From Carcharhinus amblyrhynchos (Eukaryota): a DNA stretch of 64,000 nucleotides. Under the pieces are notes generated by a model that saw only the letters and a program-made list of their open reading frames with translations, was not told where the DNA came from and searched no databases. Numbering within the stretch: position 1 is the first letter of the stretch; the number at the start of each line of letters is the position of its first letter. The DNA is taken from contig OZ336883.1 of assembly GCA_965287045.1 (NCBI GenBank), positions 20,584,001 to 20,648,000 on the forward strand, written 5' to 3'. This document shows, one piece after another, positions 24,371-36,850 of this stretch. The translations under genes were made by a program, and so were the position numbers.

Positions 24371-24511
24371 CTGAAAGAGCAGGGGTATCCATTAGGGTGT
24401 TGTTTTGGGGATAAGTTCCCACCCCTTAAACACCCCCAAGGGGAAAGGTGTCTGAGATCAGGAAGAGGTTGAACAACAACCGGCGCGGAGGACTATCTAT
24501 CTCTCTCTTAC

Positions 24512-24558
24512 CTTGGCGTCGTCTTGCGATTGCTCCTTGGGCACAGGAGAGAAGGAAG
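24512..24558 (-). CDS. CHGA: Chromogranin A coding exon 2 (ASFSPVPKEQSQDDAK)
   Basis: ttccag acceptor, AAG|gtaag donor, 47 nt, in frame with exons 1 and 3. Confidence 0.92.
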
Positions 24559-24988
24559 CTGGAACAGACAGAGAGAGAGGTAAAACACACACACACACAA
24601 AACGGGAATTGGCCATGTGAGAGGGGAATTTCTGCATGGGGGAGAGCCGAGGGTCAAGAATTGGAGTTTAGAAAGAGCGAGATAAAGTAATTTCTTATTT
24701 GCACTGTATTATTTACAAGAATTAACTATCTGGAAATGATTCGCGACAAACTGGGTAGGTGGTGGTGGCTCAGGACTGCACTTGGAGCGAGGAGAGATGG
24801 CCAGCTCCCCTTGTCTCTCTCTGTCTCTATTCTCCTCTGTCCTTGGTACTGAAAGGGTCATTTCCCTCTCTACACAACTCCTGATATCTAATCACTTACT
24901 CGCTCTCATACACATAAAACATCAAATCACAGTATACCTAAGAGACCAAAGCGATATCCAGAAAGAGGGAATATTTAAGCGTTCTTAC

Positions 24989-25034
24989 CTTGCATCGCAA
25001 GTAACAGAAAAGTGAAAAATCTCAATGCTATCAT
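24989..25034 (-). CDS. CHGA: Chromogranin A coding exon 1 (signal peptide MIALRFFTFLLLAMQ)
   Basis: ATG at 25034; 46 nt ending CAAG|gtaag; hydrophobic signal peptide; phase joins exon 2 in frame. Confidence 0.92.
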
Positions 25035-25287
25035 CTTTTTCCCCCTCCCTTGCAGGATGTGAGTAATCTTAACAGGTAAAGCGAAAACAAAACAAACCCA
25101 GACCGTGCTTTCTGTTAAAGCAAGCCCCCAAACCCCTTCCCCCTTCAAGAATTAAAAAAGAGGAGAATCTCCGCTGTCTTGTTGGGGCTGGAGGTTGCAG
25201 AGCTGGTTACACTGGAGTGGAGCTGGGCTGTCTGACTGCTGCAAGATTCCTGCTGACAGCGTGAACTGCAGCAGTAGCAACCCCAGC

Positions 25288-25319
25288 TTTAAACCCCCAG
25301 CGAGCCGGATGTGACATCG
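25288..25319 (-). promoter_or_regulatory. Putative CHGA core promoter: TATA-like TTTAAA (25288-25293) and CRE-like TGACATCG (25312-25319)
   Basis: About 255-285 nt upstream of the ATG; mammalian CHGA promoters have a TATA box with a proximal CRE; both motifs here are imperfect. Confidence 0.5.
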
Positions 25320-25879
25320 AGAGGAATCAAGTCAAATCCCAGCACCGTTCCCCCATCAGAGCCAATCTAGGTGAGCAAAAAAAAACCCAACCTACCTGGC
25401 ATTCAACACGGGTCCTGTTCTGACCCTGGCACGCAAAAGGCTCCCAGCATAATCAATAATTGCTCAGTTCCAACACTGTGCAAGTGATGGCTTGTTTACT
25501 CAGAAGGGAATTGTAAAAAAAAGTCTACAGTTTCCTGAAGGATTCACTGCAAGTGAACGCAGTGCCAGCTCTGATGAAGTGTTATCCAAACTCGAATCTT
25601 TGTCTCTATTTTCTCTCCACAGATGCTGTCAGATCTGCTGAGATTTTCCAGCGTTTTCTATTTTCTTTTTGTGCCAACTGCATCAAAACCTAAGATCAAA
25701 ACCTGTAAGCGTTATCAAGTTATCAACGCCTGAAAGTTTAGCTCTGTCCCTGCACCAGAATTAAAATAGAATAATTTATTTACAAAATATGGTTAAATGT
25801 TTTTCCAATGATCTTTGACGTTCCAAACGTCTCCCCACAACCAAATTCATGACTACAAAATACACCATCCAAAATGTTT

Positions 25880-26530
25880 GTTATTAAAAAATAGATATTT
25901 GCATTTATATAGTGCCTTGCCCAACCACCAGACATCTCAATCTCAATGTGTTTTGCAGCCACGAGAGTAGAATCCTACAGTGCAGAAGGAGGGCATTCGG
26001 CCCATCAAGTCTGCATTGAACCACAATCCCACCCAGGCTCTATCCCCATAACCCCCATCTAATCCCCCTGACACTACGGGGCAATTTAGCATGGCCAATC
26101 TACCTAACCCGCACATCTTTGGAAACCAGAGCACTTGGAGGAAACCCATGCAGACACAGGGAGTATGTGCAAACTCCACACAGACAGTGACCCAAGCTGG
26201 GAATCAAACCCGGGACCCTGGCACTGTGAGGCAGCAGCGCCGACCACTGTGCTGTCCTTTTGAAGTGCAGTCCCTTTGGAAAACAGCTATGGCAAGCCCC
26301 CATAAACAGCAATGTGATAATAATCAGATCATTTATTTTTTGTGCTGTTGATTGCCTCTGCACTTCTTTGAAATACACCCACCAGAGAAGGCAATCAGAG
26401 CCTCGGTCAGTTCAACATCTCACCTGTAAGGCAGCACCTCTGGCGGTGCAGCACCGAATCCACAGTGCAACTGAGTGTCAGCCTCGATTTTGGTACTCAA
26501 GTCTTGACTGCAACTTGAACCCACAAACAC
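25880..26530 (-). mobile_element. Deu-domain SINE (SacSINE1/AmnSINE1-like) interrupted by a V-SINE at 25967-26235
   Basis: Minus strand GGGTTCAAG..GACTTGAGTACCAAAATCGAGGCTGACACTC..GGTGCTGCAC..GAGGTGCTGCC resembles the Deu domain; L2-like tail GGCACTATATAAATGCAA. Confidence 0.65.
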
Positions 26531-26584
26531 TAAACAAAATCCCCTTGCATAGCACACTTACGTGGAGAAAAACTGCAGCAGGCG

Positions 26585-27320
26585 ATGGTGCAGAGGGCCC
26601 TCGGGGTCCTTGTGCATGAGTCGCAAAAACTCAGCTTGCAGGTGCAGCTGGTGGTCAGGAAGGCGAATGGGATGCTGGCCTTCATCGCGAGGGGGATTGA
26701 ATATAAAAGTAGGGAGGTCTTGCTGTGGCTGTATAGGGCATTGGTGAGGCCGCAGCTGGAGTACTGTGTGCAGTTTTGGGCGCCGTACTTACGCAAGGAT
26801 ATTTTGGCCTTGGAGGGAGTGCAGAGGAGGTTTACTAGGCTGATGCCGGAGTTGAGGGGGTTGAGCTATGAGGAGAGGCTGACTAAATTAGGCTTGTACT
26901 CGTTAGAGTTTAGAAGAATGAGGGGAGATCTCATTGAGACGTATAAGATGATGAATGGGATGGATAGGATAGAGGTGGTGAGACTCTTCCCGCTCAGAAA
27001 GGATAGCAGGACTAGGGGGCACAGCCTCAAGATAAAGGGGGGGCGGTTTAGAACAGAGCTGAGGAGGAACTTCTTCACTCAAAGGGTGGTGAATCTCTGG
27101 AATTCTCTGCCCGTTGAAGTGGTGGAGGCTGCCTCGCTAAATATTTTTAAGACGCGGGTTGATGAGTTTTTGATAAGAGAGGGGATTAAGGGTTATGGGG
27201 AGAGGGCGGGAATGTGGAACTGAGCCGCGACAGATCAGCCATGATCTTATTGAATGGCGGGGCAGGCTCGAAGGGCTAGTTGGCCTACTCCTGCTCCTAT
27301 TTCTTATGTTCTTATGTTCA
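26585..27320 (+). mobile_element. Young 5'-truncated CR1 (HER1-like) LINE with intact ORF2 C-terminal 212 aa
   Basis: KANGMLAFIARGIEYKSREVLL..LVRPQLEYCVQFWAP..TRGHSLKIKG..RRNFFTQRVVNLWNSLP; TTCTTATG tail repeats. Confidence 0.95.
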
Positions 27321-27404
27321 CATTAGCAACACTGGAAATGGGCAAAATTATCATTTTCATAGTAGCTGTTTAATTTTGTAATACTAGAGACTGAATAGAC
27401 TGAG

Positions 27405-27832
27405 ACTATACTCATTGGAATTCAGAAAAAAATGAGGGAAGATCTTATAGAATCATGTAAGATTACAAAGGGAATAGGTAAGTTAGAAGCAAGGAGGTTG
27501 TTTCCACTGGCAGATGAAACCAAAACTAAAGGCATAGCCTCAAAATAAGGAGGAGCAGATTTAGATCTGAGTTGAGGAGGAACTTCTTCACCCAAAGGGT
27601 TGTGAATCTGTGGAATTCCCTGCCCAGTGAAGCAGTTGAGGCAACCTCATTGAATGTTTTTAAAACAATGACAGTTAGATTTTTGAACAGTAAAGGAATT
27701 AAGGGTTATGGTGAGCCAGTGGGTAGGTGGAGCTGAGTCCACAAAAAGATCAGCCATGATCTTATTGAATGGCGGAGCAGGCTCAAGGAGCCCAATGGCC
27801 TACTCCTGCTCCTAATTCTTATGCCCTTATGT
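27405..27832 (+). mobile_element. Older CR1 3' fragment
   Basis: Colinear with the adjacent young CR1. Confidence 0.85.
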
Positions 27833-28324
27833 AATTCTGAGTACAAATAATAAAGAAAGTTACCAATTAGCTCAAGCCCCTCATGTGGGCTATTTGGAAG
27901 AGTTACCATGGATACCGTCAACAATGGAACCTTGGCCAGGACAGGGGGAGGGGAAGGGAAGGGAGAAAATTGGAGAGAAAAATATAAAAATGGTTCCTGA
28001 ATAAAACGTTGATTTTATTTTTAAGCGATCACGTATTCGATCTGATAATTGTACTATTTTTGTAACTGCCAATTAAACAGCAGAACGGGCAAAAAATCAG
28101 CAGTGACAGAACTGTGCTCTGGTAGAAACTGGTTTCAAAGGGCATTTTTATTCATTCAGAAGGTTGAATATTATTCATAGTACTGCAGCTGCTGGCAATC
28201 TGAAACCAGAAACTTAAACCGCTAGAAATATTTAAGAGGTCAAACACTGTTCACAGGCAAGCCAATAAATGTCCTTTATTCACACTGATCTGATAACTCA
28301 ATAATACTATTTAGCTATGATTAG

Positions 28325-28805
28325 CTCTACCCCATCTCGATCCCTTTGTTTTCATGTTATTTAATTTTTTTACTGTTTTCAACCTTTCATTTCTTTATTG
28401 TCTTTCTTCATTTTTCTTTCCCCCCACTTTATCCCCCTTTTCCTTATCTTTTTTCTCCCTTTGCTTCCCCTCTCCCACTTTTTCTGAATTTGACCTCTTT
28501 CCCATCCATTAACCCCCGCACCCTCCCACATCTTCATCTGTCACAGCTTACCCTCTGATTTCAGCTTCTCTGCCGTTTGGCCATTCACACTCTTTATGTT
28601 CTTATGGACTGCCATTAGCAGCCTTTTCACTTGTTTTTTGTGGCTATGATTCCTCTTTCATTCCCTCATTCTGTAGTATGAATATCTCCCACTTCCCATG
28701 CCTTTTAGCTTTGACAAAGTGTCATCTGGACTTGAAACGTCAGCTCTTTCCTCTCCTTACAGATGCTGCCAGACCTGCTGGGATTTTCCAGCATTTTCTC
28801 TCTTG
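28325..28805 (+). mobile_element. Penelope-like element terminal region with hammerhead-like motif (28707-28745)
   Basis: Pyrimidine-rich tract, then AGCT TTGACAA..GAAA CGTC AGCT and AGATGCTGCCAGACCTGCTG; second copy at 61895-62600. Confidence 0.7.
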
Positions 28806-28889
28806 AATTCAATAATATTGTTTGACCCGGGAAAGGGGCAAAATGGCTGAACTTTGGTGCGGTTATCAGAGCGTCAATTGTGAGCGTGC

Positions 28890-29152
28890 AAAAGCCATTC
28901 AGGAGAGATGTTAGAAAGCTCTTCTACATGCAAAGCTTGGTGGAGGTTTGGAATTCTCTTCCTCAAACAGCAGTGGATGCTGGTCCAATTGTTAGGTTTA
29001 AGTCTGAGATAGACAGTTTGCTTTATTGAGCAGGTGCATCAAGGGCTATGACCCTAGGGCAGGTACATGGAGTTAGGCCACAGATTAGCCATGATTTTAT
29101 TGAATGTTGGAGCAGGCTTAAGGGGCTGAATGGCTTCTCCTGTTCCCATGTT
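28890..29152 (+). mobile_element. CR1 3' fragment
   Basis: VWNSLP motif and CR1 tail. Confidence 0.7.
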
Positions 29153-31671
29153 AAGAATTAGGTCTATGGGCAAATACATTTCAGCCGATGAGGATAACAG
29201 TGTTGTATTCACTTCACATCTCTTCAGCGTAACTGGAACTCAGTCGGTAGGATGTCAGGAATGTGAGTTGAGTCTCACTGCTATACCATCACCATGCTTT
29301 TCCTGTTGAGACCAGATCTGTGCCTTTTAGATGGAGTACACTTTGTATGCAACCTGACAGTTCAAAACTATCAACATCAGAAGAGGCCAACACTTCCTTT
29401 TGAACATTAATTACACTGACTGACAAGGAGGCACACTAATAATTCGTGAACATGCTGACAACATCTTGGAGTCCTGACATCCGGCTGCAATTGTATTAAA
29501 AACAAGAGATACAGATGCAAAATAATTAAAACAAGAAAAGATCATTCTCTTAACTATTGGCAAAATTGACATCCATTGAAGTGAACTGGAATCTTCTATG
29601 TGCATTAGGAATGAGGGAACAATTTGACAATAATAACTAACCCTTTTTCATTCATGTGTGTGACATGGGCATCACTGGCTAGCCAGCATTTATTGCCCAT
29701 CCCTAGTTGCCCTTGACTAAGCCATTTCAGAGGGCAGTTGAGAGTCAACCACATTGCTGTGTCTCTGGACTCACGTGTAGGCCATGTAAGGACAGCAGAT
29801 TTCCTTTCTTAAAGGGCATAACTGAACCAGGTGGGTTTTTTCCAACAATTAGCAATGGTCATCATTAGACTTTTAATTCCAGATATTTTAATTGAATTCA
29901 AATTCCACCATCTGCCATGTGGGATTTGAACCTGAGTCCCCAGAACTTTAGCTGAGTTTCTGGATTAATAGTCTCGCAATAAGATGCCATTGCCTCCCCG
30001 CTAAACTAAAAATGCAAACAATTGAAAATCCATTAATGTGCAGTACAATATATTGCAGAATTGTCCCCATAATCAAAAGCATCACTGATTACTTTTAGGG
30101 CAAATGTTTTGTTTCTTTGCACCTCCTTTGACAAACCTCAGAAATATCTACACTTCTGTCGTGTTGCCTGAATACAGCAATCTTTCATATAAAAAGAAGA
30201 CAGGGGAAGTTAAGACACCAGTTTCTTTGGAGAGCTAAACAAATATCACTTGTCCCAGTGAGGGTTTATGAGATTTTTAACATTTCTAACATGACTCTAT
30301 ATTCCACAAGTCTCCCACAATATGTTAAATAACTTTCACAAGACACCTACATTGGGTTAAGATCTTCTCTGTAGGGAAGGAACTCAAGAACTTGCTCTTG
30401 GTAAGAGATTTTCATCAGGAGTGCTTTGGGAAAAATATAAATAAATATGAAAAGAAAATAACCAATCATTAATCCAACCAGTTCAGAGAAATTTGCTATA
30501 CTTTCTCCATGAGATGAAATGCAGTTCTATAGTGAGGATGCTGCACCCAACCAATCTGGCCTCAATGTGTCCCTCAATGGATCTGCTGAACAAGAAGGGC
30601 AAAAGCTGGTTCTGTCTGGATTTCTCCATGGAGTGCAATAGCTGGAAAATTCCAATAGGGATCAGAGGGCAAATATGCTACATCAAGTAATTAGTAAAAC
30701 AAGCTGGATAATGTGGGTAATTTTAAAAAAGATCAAAAACAGAGGTTAATTGTGTGTTGTACGAAAAAGACATGCCTGTGAAAGTCTGGTTTTGCATGTA
30801 AATTTGAACCTACATATTGACTGCCACAATTTGAACTTGTGTGGAGACACAGATACCCAAATGTTAATTAGAAGCCATTTTTCTGGAGCAGTATTTGTAA
30901 ACATCAAACATTCATTTCCACTGAAGTTATGGAATACACTGGCTAATATACGGAAGCATATTTCAGGATGGCTAAAGGACAGAGGAAGGAGGAAATCAAA
31001 TTCTTACAAGTGGCACTGGATGTTCTGATGGGGATGTCCAGAGGAAAAGAGCTGGCCTGTACCGCAGATGTTTGTGGGGGACAGAGTCCACCTTGCCCTC
31101 CCATCCCTCTTTCCTGCATCATGTCTGCCTGGCCTCATGTCTTCCTCCTATTCCATGTCTAGAGAAAGAGAAACCCTTTGCAAGGCCCCCATGCTCCAAA
31201 CGCTTCCTTTCTCCTGGTGACCCCGGTCCAATGTCTAATACAGAAGAATAGCAGAGAACTTGCCCTACTTTTTGGTGAAATCCTGAGAGAAATTTTGAAA
31301 TAAATCTTCTTAAAATGTCAGTGAAGCCTTGGCCACTTATTTCCGGTTTCTCCATGTATTCCAAAAGGCCCCTTCAAATCTCCAGTAAGTGAAAAGTAAA
31401 ATGCCGCGATACATTAAATAACACTCAAAATCCTTAATAACGACTTGTTTGCTGTCAGTCAGCCGGGTGCTGTTAGGAGAGGGCATTAGATCAAGAAATA
31501 GCCATCAACATATCATGCAGCCTCATTAATGAGCACCACCATCCTAATGTATACTTTAAATCCTGGTGTCTTGCACTAAACATAGGCTAAAGATTCCAAC
31601 ATAACCATCTTGGAGGCTTGTTAGCACTCTAAATTATCTGAGCAAATCTCCTCCAGTGACTGTAAAATTAG

Positions 31672-31982
31672 AAATCATGGAATCCCTACAGTGCAGAAGG
31701 AGGCCATTTGGCCCATCAAGCCTGTCCCGATCACAATTTCACCCAGGCCCAAAGCCCATCACCCATGTATTTACTCTGCTAATCCCCCTGACTCTAATGG
31801 CCAATTACTATGGCCAATCCACCTAACCCACACATCTTTGGAGTGTGGGAGGAAACCGGAGCAGCCGGAGGAAACCCATGCAGACACAGGGAGAACATAC
31901 AAACTCCACACTGTCAGCTAAGGCCAGAATTGAACCCAGGTCCCTGGCACTGTGATGCAGTAGTGCTGACCACTGTGCCACC
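31672..31982 (-). mobile_element. HE1-type V-SINE
   Basis: Head, core and tail. Confidence 0.85.
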
Positions 31983-33209
31983 CCAAATTAGATGTGTTCA
32001 TTAGCATATTAATTCTCTTGGAATCCCATCACTTTCCAAAAATATGAGTGTAGAGTTTTTGATGACATGGTTATGAGGTACATGGGAATTCCTCACATGA
32101 TGTTGTTCTGTGTAAGGAAAATTAGAAATGTTAAATATTTATTCTTTCCTCGAATGTGGGCATTGCTGGCCAGACCAGCTTTGGTGGCCCTCCCCAGCTT
32201 GGGAAGGTCATCTTTTTGTCATCTTTTTGAGCTGCTGTAGTCCATGTGTGTAGGTACATCCACAATGCTCTTTGGAAGAGAGTTCCTTGCTTTTGACCCA
32301 GTGATATATTTCCATGTGATTTGGAGGTGGCTGTGCTCCCTTGACCTTCTCTAGAGATTGTGTGTTTGGAACCATGTAATGCACACATAAATAGATGTGC
32401 TAACATACAGACATGCACACAGACCTGTGTGCACACATTCGTACATACACAGATACATATGTAGAGGTGAATTAACTAACGCACTTGGGTAAATCTATAT
32501 GTAGATGTAAAAGCATGCACCACCCAAGATGTAGATGTGTGAACACACATAGCTTTACTCATGCACACATACGAAACTAATTTGAATGCAATAGCTTGTT
32601 AAAACATACAATATGTGTAAACTCATCCATCTTCATATTTGTATTCATCCAGGTACGTGCTTGTGAAAAGCTTTTTTTAATGAACAATAATCCAAGCAGG
32701 TTACTGGTCATAAGCCTGAAACATTATTACTGTTCTTCACAGATGCTGCAAATTCTCCTGAGTAATTCCAGCAATTTCTGTTTTCACTTCAGCATCTGCA
32801 ATGTTATGCTTTTGTCTAGTTTTTGACATTGCTTTACACAAAGAAATACCAACAGGGGAATATTCCCTCCATCCATCAGACTAGAAAATCCGTGTGAATA
32901 TTCCACAACATGGTCTTCCAAGCTGTGAAGAAGCACAGATCCACTTTGCATACAAATCTGAGTGCCAATGAACAGTGATGTTGTTAGTTAATTAGGTTCT
33001 CTAGTAAACATGGATTGCATTAATATTGCCTGTGATATAATGTGATAATTGCCAGGAAGTATCATGCAATAATTATTTCAGGAAATAAGTGAAAGTTGTT
33101 GATTGGCATAACTTTGACTTTGTGTGACTGGCTAAAATGGGTGTAAACAAATTGCCCATATCGTGAGAAATATAAAACAGACTGCTGAGCGGTTAGTTCC
33201 TGTTTTACA

Positions 33210-34495
33210 GGGTGGCACAGTGTTAGCACTGTTATTTCAGGGACCCAGGTTCGATTCCTGGCTTGGGTCACAGTCTGTGCGGAGTCTGCATGCTCTCCCC
33301 ATGTCTGCTTGGGTTTCCTCCAGGTGCTCCATTTTTCTCCCACAGTCCAAAAGATATGCTGGTTGGGTGCATTGGCCGTGCTAAAATTCTCCCTCAGTGT
33401 ACCCGAACAGGTGCCAGAATGTGGCGGCTAAGGACTTTTCACAGTAACTTCATTGCAGTGTTAATATAAGACTACTTGTGACATTAATAAATAATAATAA
33501 AATTAAGCCCCTCCCCCCACCAACTACACAGTGAAACTCAATCACATGTTTTCTAGGTACCTTTGCCACTTCCAATTAGTTTGTGAATTAGATAGTGACA
33601 GTATAGACATCCCAGTAATAGGAAGATTTATCTGTCTTCAGCTTTATCAATAGGTTTAGCAGTAATCATAGAAACCCTACAGTGCAGAAAGAAGCCATTT
33701 GGCCCATCGAGACTGCACCGACAACAATCCCACCCAGGCCCTATCCCCGTATTTACCCGCTAATCCCTCTAACCTACGCATCCCAGGACACTCTAACTTG
33801 GCCAATCCACCTAACCTGCACATCTTTGGACTGTGGGAGGAAACCAGAGCACCTGGAGGAAACCCACGCAGACACAGGGAGAATGTGCAAACTCCTCACA
33901 GACAGTGACCTGAGCCAGGACTTGAACCCAGGTCGCTGGGGCTGTGCAGCAACTGTGCTGACCACTGTGCTACCATGCCGCACCATATTGCCTGTGATAT
34001 AATGTGGGAATCGAGTTGTTGAAATGGCCGGGTGGGTATTGAGCCCAAGATTGGTTAGAACTGCCTTTATGTTACTTATGCTACTTATGTTAATTGCTTT
34101 GCAATGATGTTAAAGTTGTGGTGTAAATTGAGATTTGACCTGAGTGAAGAAATTTGTTTTATGTTATTATTACTAATTACATGTCTCATAATGTTTAAAG
34201 TTTATTTATTTATTAGTGCCACAAGTAGGCTTATATTAACACTGCAATAAACTTACTGTGAAAATCCCCTAGTTGCCACAATCCAGTGACTGATCAGGTA
34301 CACTGAGGGAGAATTTAGCATGGCCAATGCACCTGACCAGCATGTCTTTCAGACTGTGGGAGGAAAAAGGAGCACCTGAGGAAACCCACACAGATACAGG
34401 AAGGACTTGCAGACTCCACACAGACAGTGACCCAAACCGGGAATCGAACCCAGGTCCCTGGCACTGTGAGGCAGCAGTGCTAACACACTCTGTTG
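33210..34495. mobile_element. Cluster of three V-SINEs (33210-33500 +, 33665-33982 -, 34195-34495 -)
   Basis: Two carry the alternative tail, one carries the CR1-type tail. Confidence 0.85.
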
Positions 34496-35148
34496 CCCAT
34501 ATGTACATTATTAATAATATTCTGTTTAAGCACCACTCTCTATTACACTTAGGATTATCACCAGTAGTTGGATATGTTCCTGGAGATTTCACCACATTCT
34601 TGCTCCAACAGCCTATGACCATCAAAAGACTCTTTTCCCTTCCGCCACCTCCAATAATATAAATGAACTAATAAATGAAAGTGTTCGTAAAATATGAAGA
34701 GATTTTTAATGCCTGTATGATTTTTCTCCCAAAGGTCTTGCAGCTGTATCCTGAAATTCAGAGTCATATGTTACACGCACAGTACTTCAGAGTACAGAGT
34801 ACTTCAAACTGGGTCTAAACTGTGCCCAGGGACATCCTGACCCCTGGATACTTTTTCCACCTAGCTGCATTGGGGTTTAAATGCCTAGATTCCAATGCTG
34901 CTGACTACACTGAGACAGGGCCGTATTTGTACTGGTAAACACACAAGCCCTAATCTCCCCGCTGGGTAACAGAATTGAGCTTTTCAGATAGTGTAAATGT
35001 AGTGATTTAAAAACAACAACGAAACTGTTCAAAATAAACTGATGAAAGGGGCAGACTCGTATTCACTATTGTGCATTTCCAGAAAGTTCTGCTTTTATTT
35101 CAGATTTTTAGCAACTGTAGATTTTTACTTCCTGTTCTTGTACCGTAA

Positions 35149-35345
35149 TGATGTGGGTATGCCGGCGTTGGACTGGCGTAAACAGTAAAAAGTCTGACAA
35201 TCTCTAAACTGTCTGTGCTTTATATGCTCTGTCTGAGGCCAGAACTCTCCATTCATCTGACGAAGGGGCTAACCCCAAAAGCTTGTGAGTCTATTATCAA
35301 ATAAATAGGTTGGACTAAAACCTGGTGTTGTCAGACTTTTTACTG
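35149..35345 (+). mobile_element. Short Penelope-like insertion with 12-bp TSD, internal 18-bp inverted repeat and hammerhead motif
   Basis: TSD CTTGTACCGTAA at 35137-35148 and 35346-35357; IR at 35183-35200 and 35328-35345. Confidence 0.8.
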
Positions 35346-36561
35346 CTTGTACCGTAAGCCGGTTGCTACCAAACTGAAAGCTTGAACTGCAGTTACCAGT
35401 CTCAGATCTACTGAATATCTACTGATGAATAAGTCATTATAAATACTTCAAAGTCAACCATGTCCAAGTATCAGTAATGTAGAATTTTAATTTATTGGTT
35501 TGTGGAGGGGGGCTGGGGGGAGGACATTACTGTCTACATTTCCCGTTTTAAACCTGTTTCTAGTCTGTTTGGTCTCTGCAATGCTGCTTGGACCCAGTAG
35601 ATGGCGTGCTCCAGGACTTCCAGCCTATAGTGTTCTTGCCTGAGTCACCTGGAAGGTCACAGGTAAGAAGTAACTTCCTACTTCATGAGTTTACCTTCTC
35701 ACCTGGCGGGAGAAGTACCTGGCTTCACTCAGAACCTTTGTCTTTTGTTGTCTTTTTAAAAGACACTTAGTCTTTTAAAAAGCATTTGGACAGTTACATG
35801 GGTAAAGTGGGTATAGAAGGATATAGGCCAAACACAGGCAATTGGAATTAGCATAGTGCTTTAAAAAAGAGGGCAGCATGGACAAATTGGCCTAAAGGGC
35901 CTATTTCCATGCTGTAAACCTCTGTGATTCTATGACCTAGTAAGACTGAAATAGGGAACTTGGCAGAATGTCAAGAATTCATTGTCCCACGTGCACCTGT
36001 GAAATAGTTGTTCTAAATTGAATAGGAAATTATGAGCGAATGCTAAAGGGTTAGAAGGACCCCCCTTCCCCCCCAGCCCTGTCCCCTAGTCCCCCATCCC
36101 ACCCCAGGAGGTTGGTAGTGGGAAGACAGTCAATTGACCCTTAGTTATTTATTTAATATATACAATTGTGCAGGTGGATGGGTTGTTGATTTTGGCATCC
36201 TTTCTCCTCTCTGTATCACAAGGGTGAGATCAGGGTGGGCAAGAAATTGGTGGTCCGGGCACTCACCCTATTTCATGTGCCAATCTCTGCCACAAACATG
36301 CCCAGAGGGCACACATAAAATGCAGCCCTCTGACATTATTTTGCTACGGTGCACTTGACAATAAACAAAGCCAGGTATTGCAGTTTAAAAAGTACCACAG
36401 CCTAGATAGAAAATGTTAGACGACACTCAGGGCATTAGCAGAGATCACGGGTGAAAGTGAATAGTTTTGCTCGTGAAAGAGAAAATATTAAAGGAACAAT
36501 TAAAACAGCACCTGAGATAACATGAAAAGAGCAGAACCACCCAGGGTTCATTTGAAAATGG

Positions 36562-36850
36562 GGCAGTGCGGTGGCACAGTGGTTAGCACTGCTGTCTCAC
36601 AGTGCCAGGGACCCGGGTTTGATTTTGGGCTTAGGTCACTATCTATGTGGGGTTTGCACATCTCCCTGTGTCTTTGGGGTTTCCTCCGGATGCTCAGGTT
36701 TCCTCGTAGAGTCCAAAGATGTGCAGGTTGGGTGGATTTACCATGCTAGTGTCAGGGGAATTAACTAGGGTAAGTGCATGGGGTTATGGGAATAGGGCCT
36801 GGGTGTAGATTCAATGGGCTGAATGGCCTCCTTCTGCACCCTATGATTCT
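36562..36850 (+). mobile_element. HE1-type V-SINE
   Basis: Head, core and tail. Confidence 0.82.

Noticed and set aside
26585-27223. 212-aa ORF as a host gene
   Set aside because: C-terminus of CR1 ORF2 in a 5'-truncated copy
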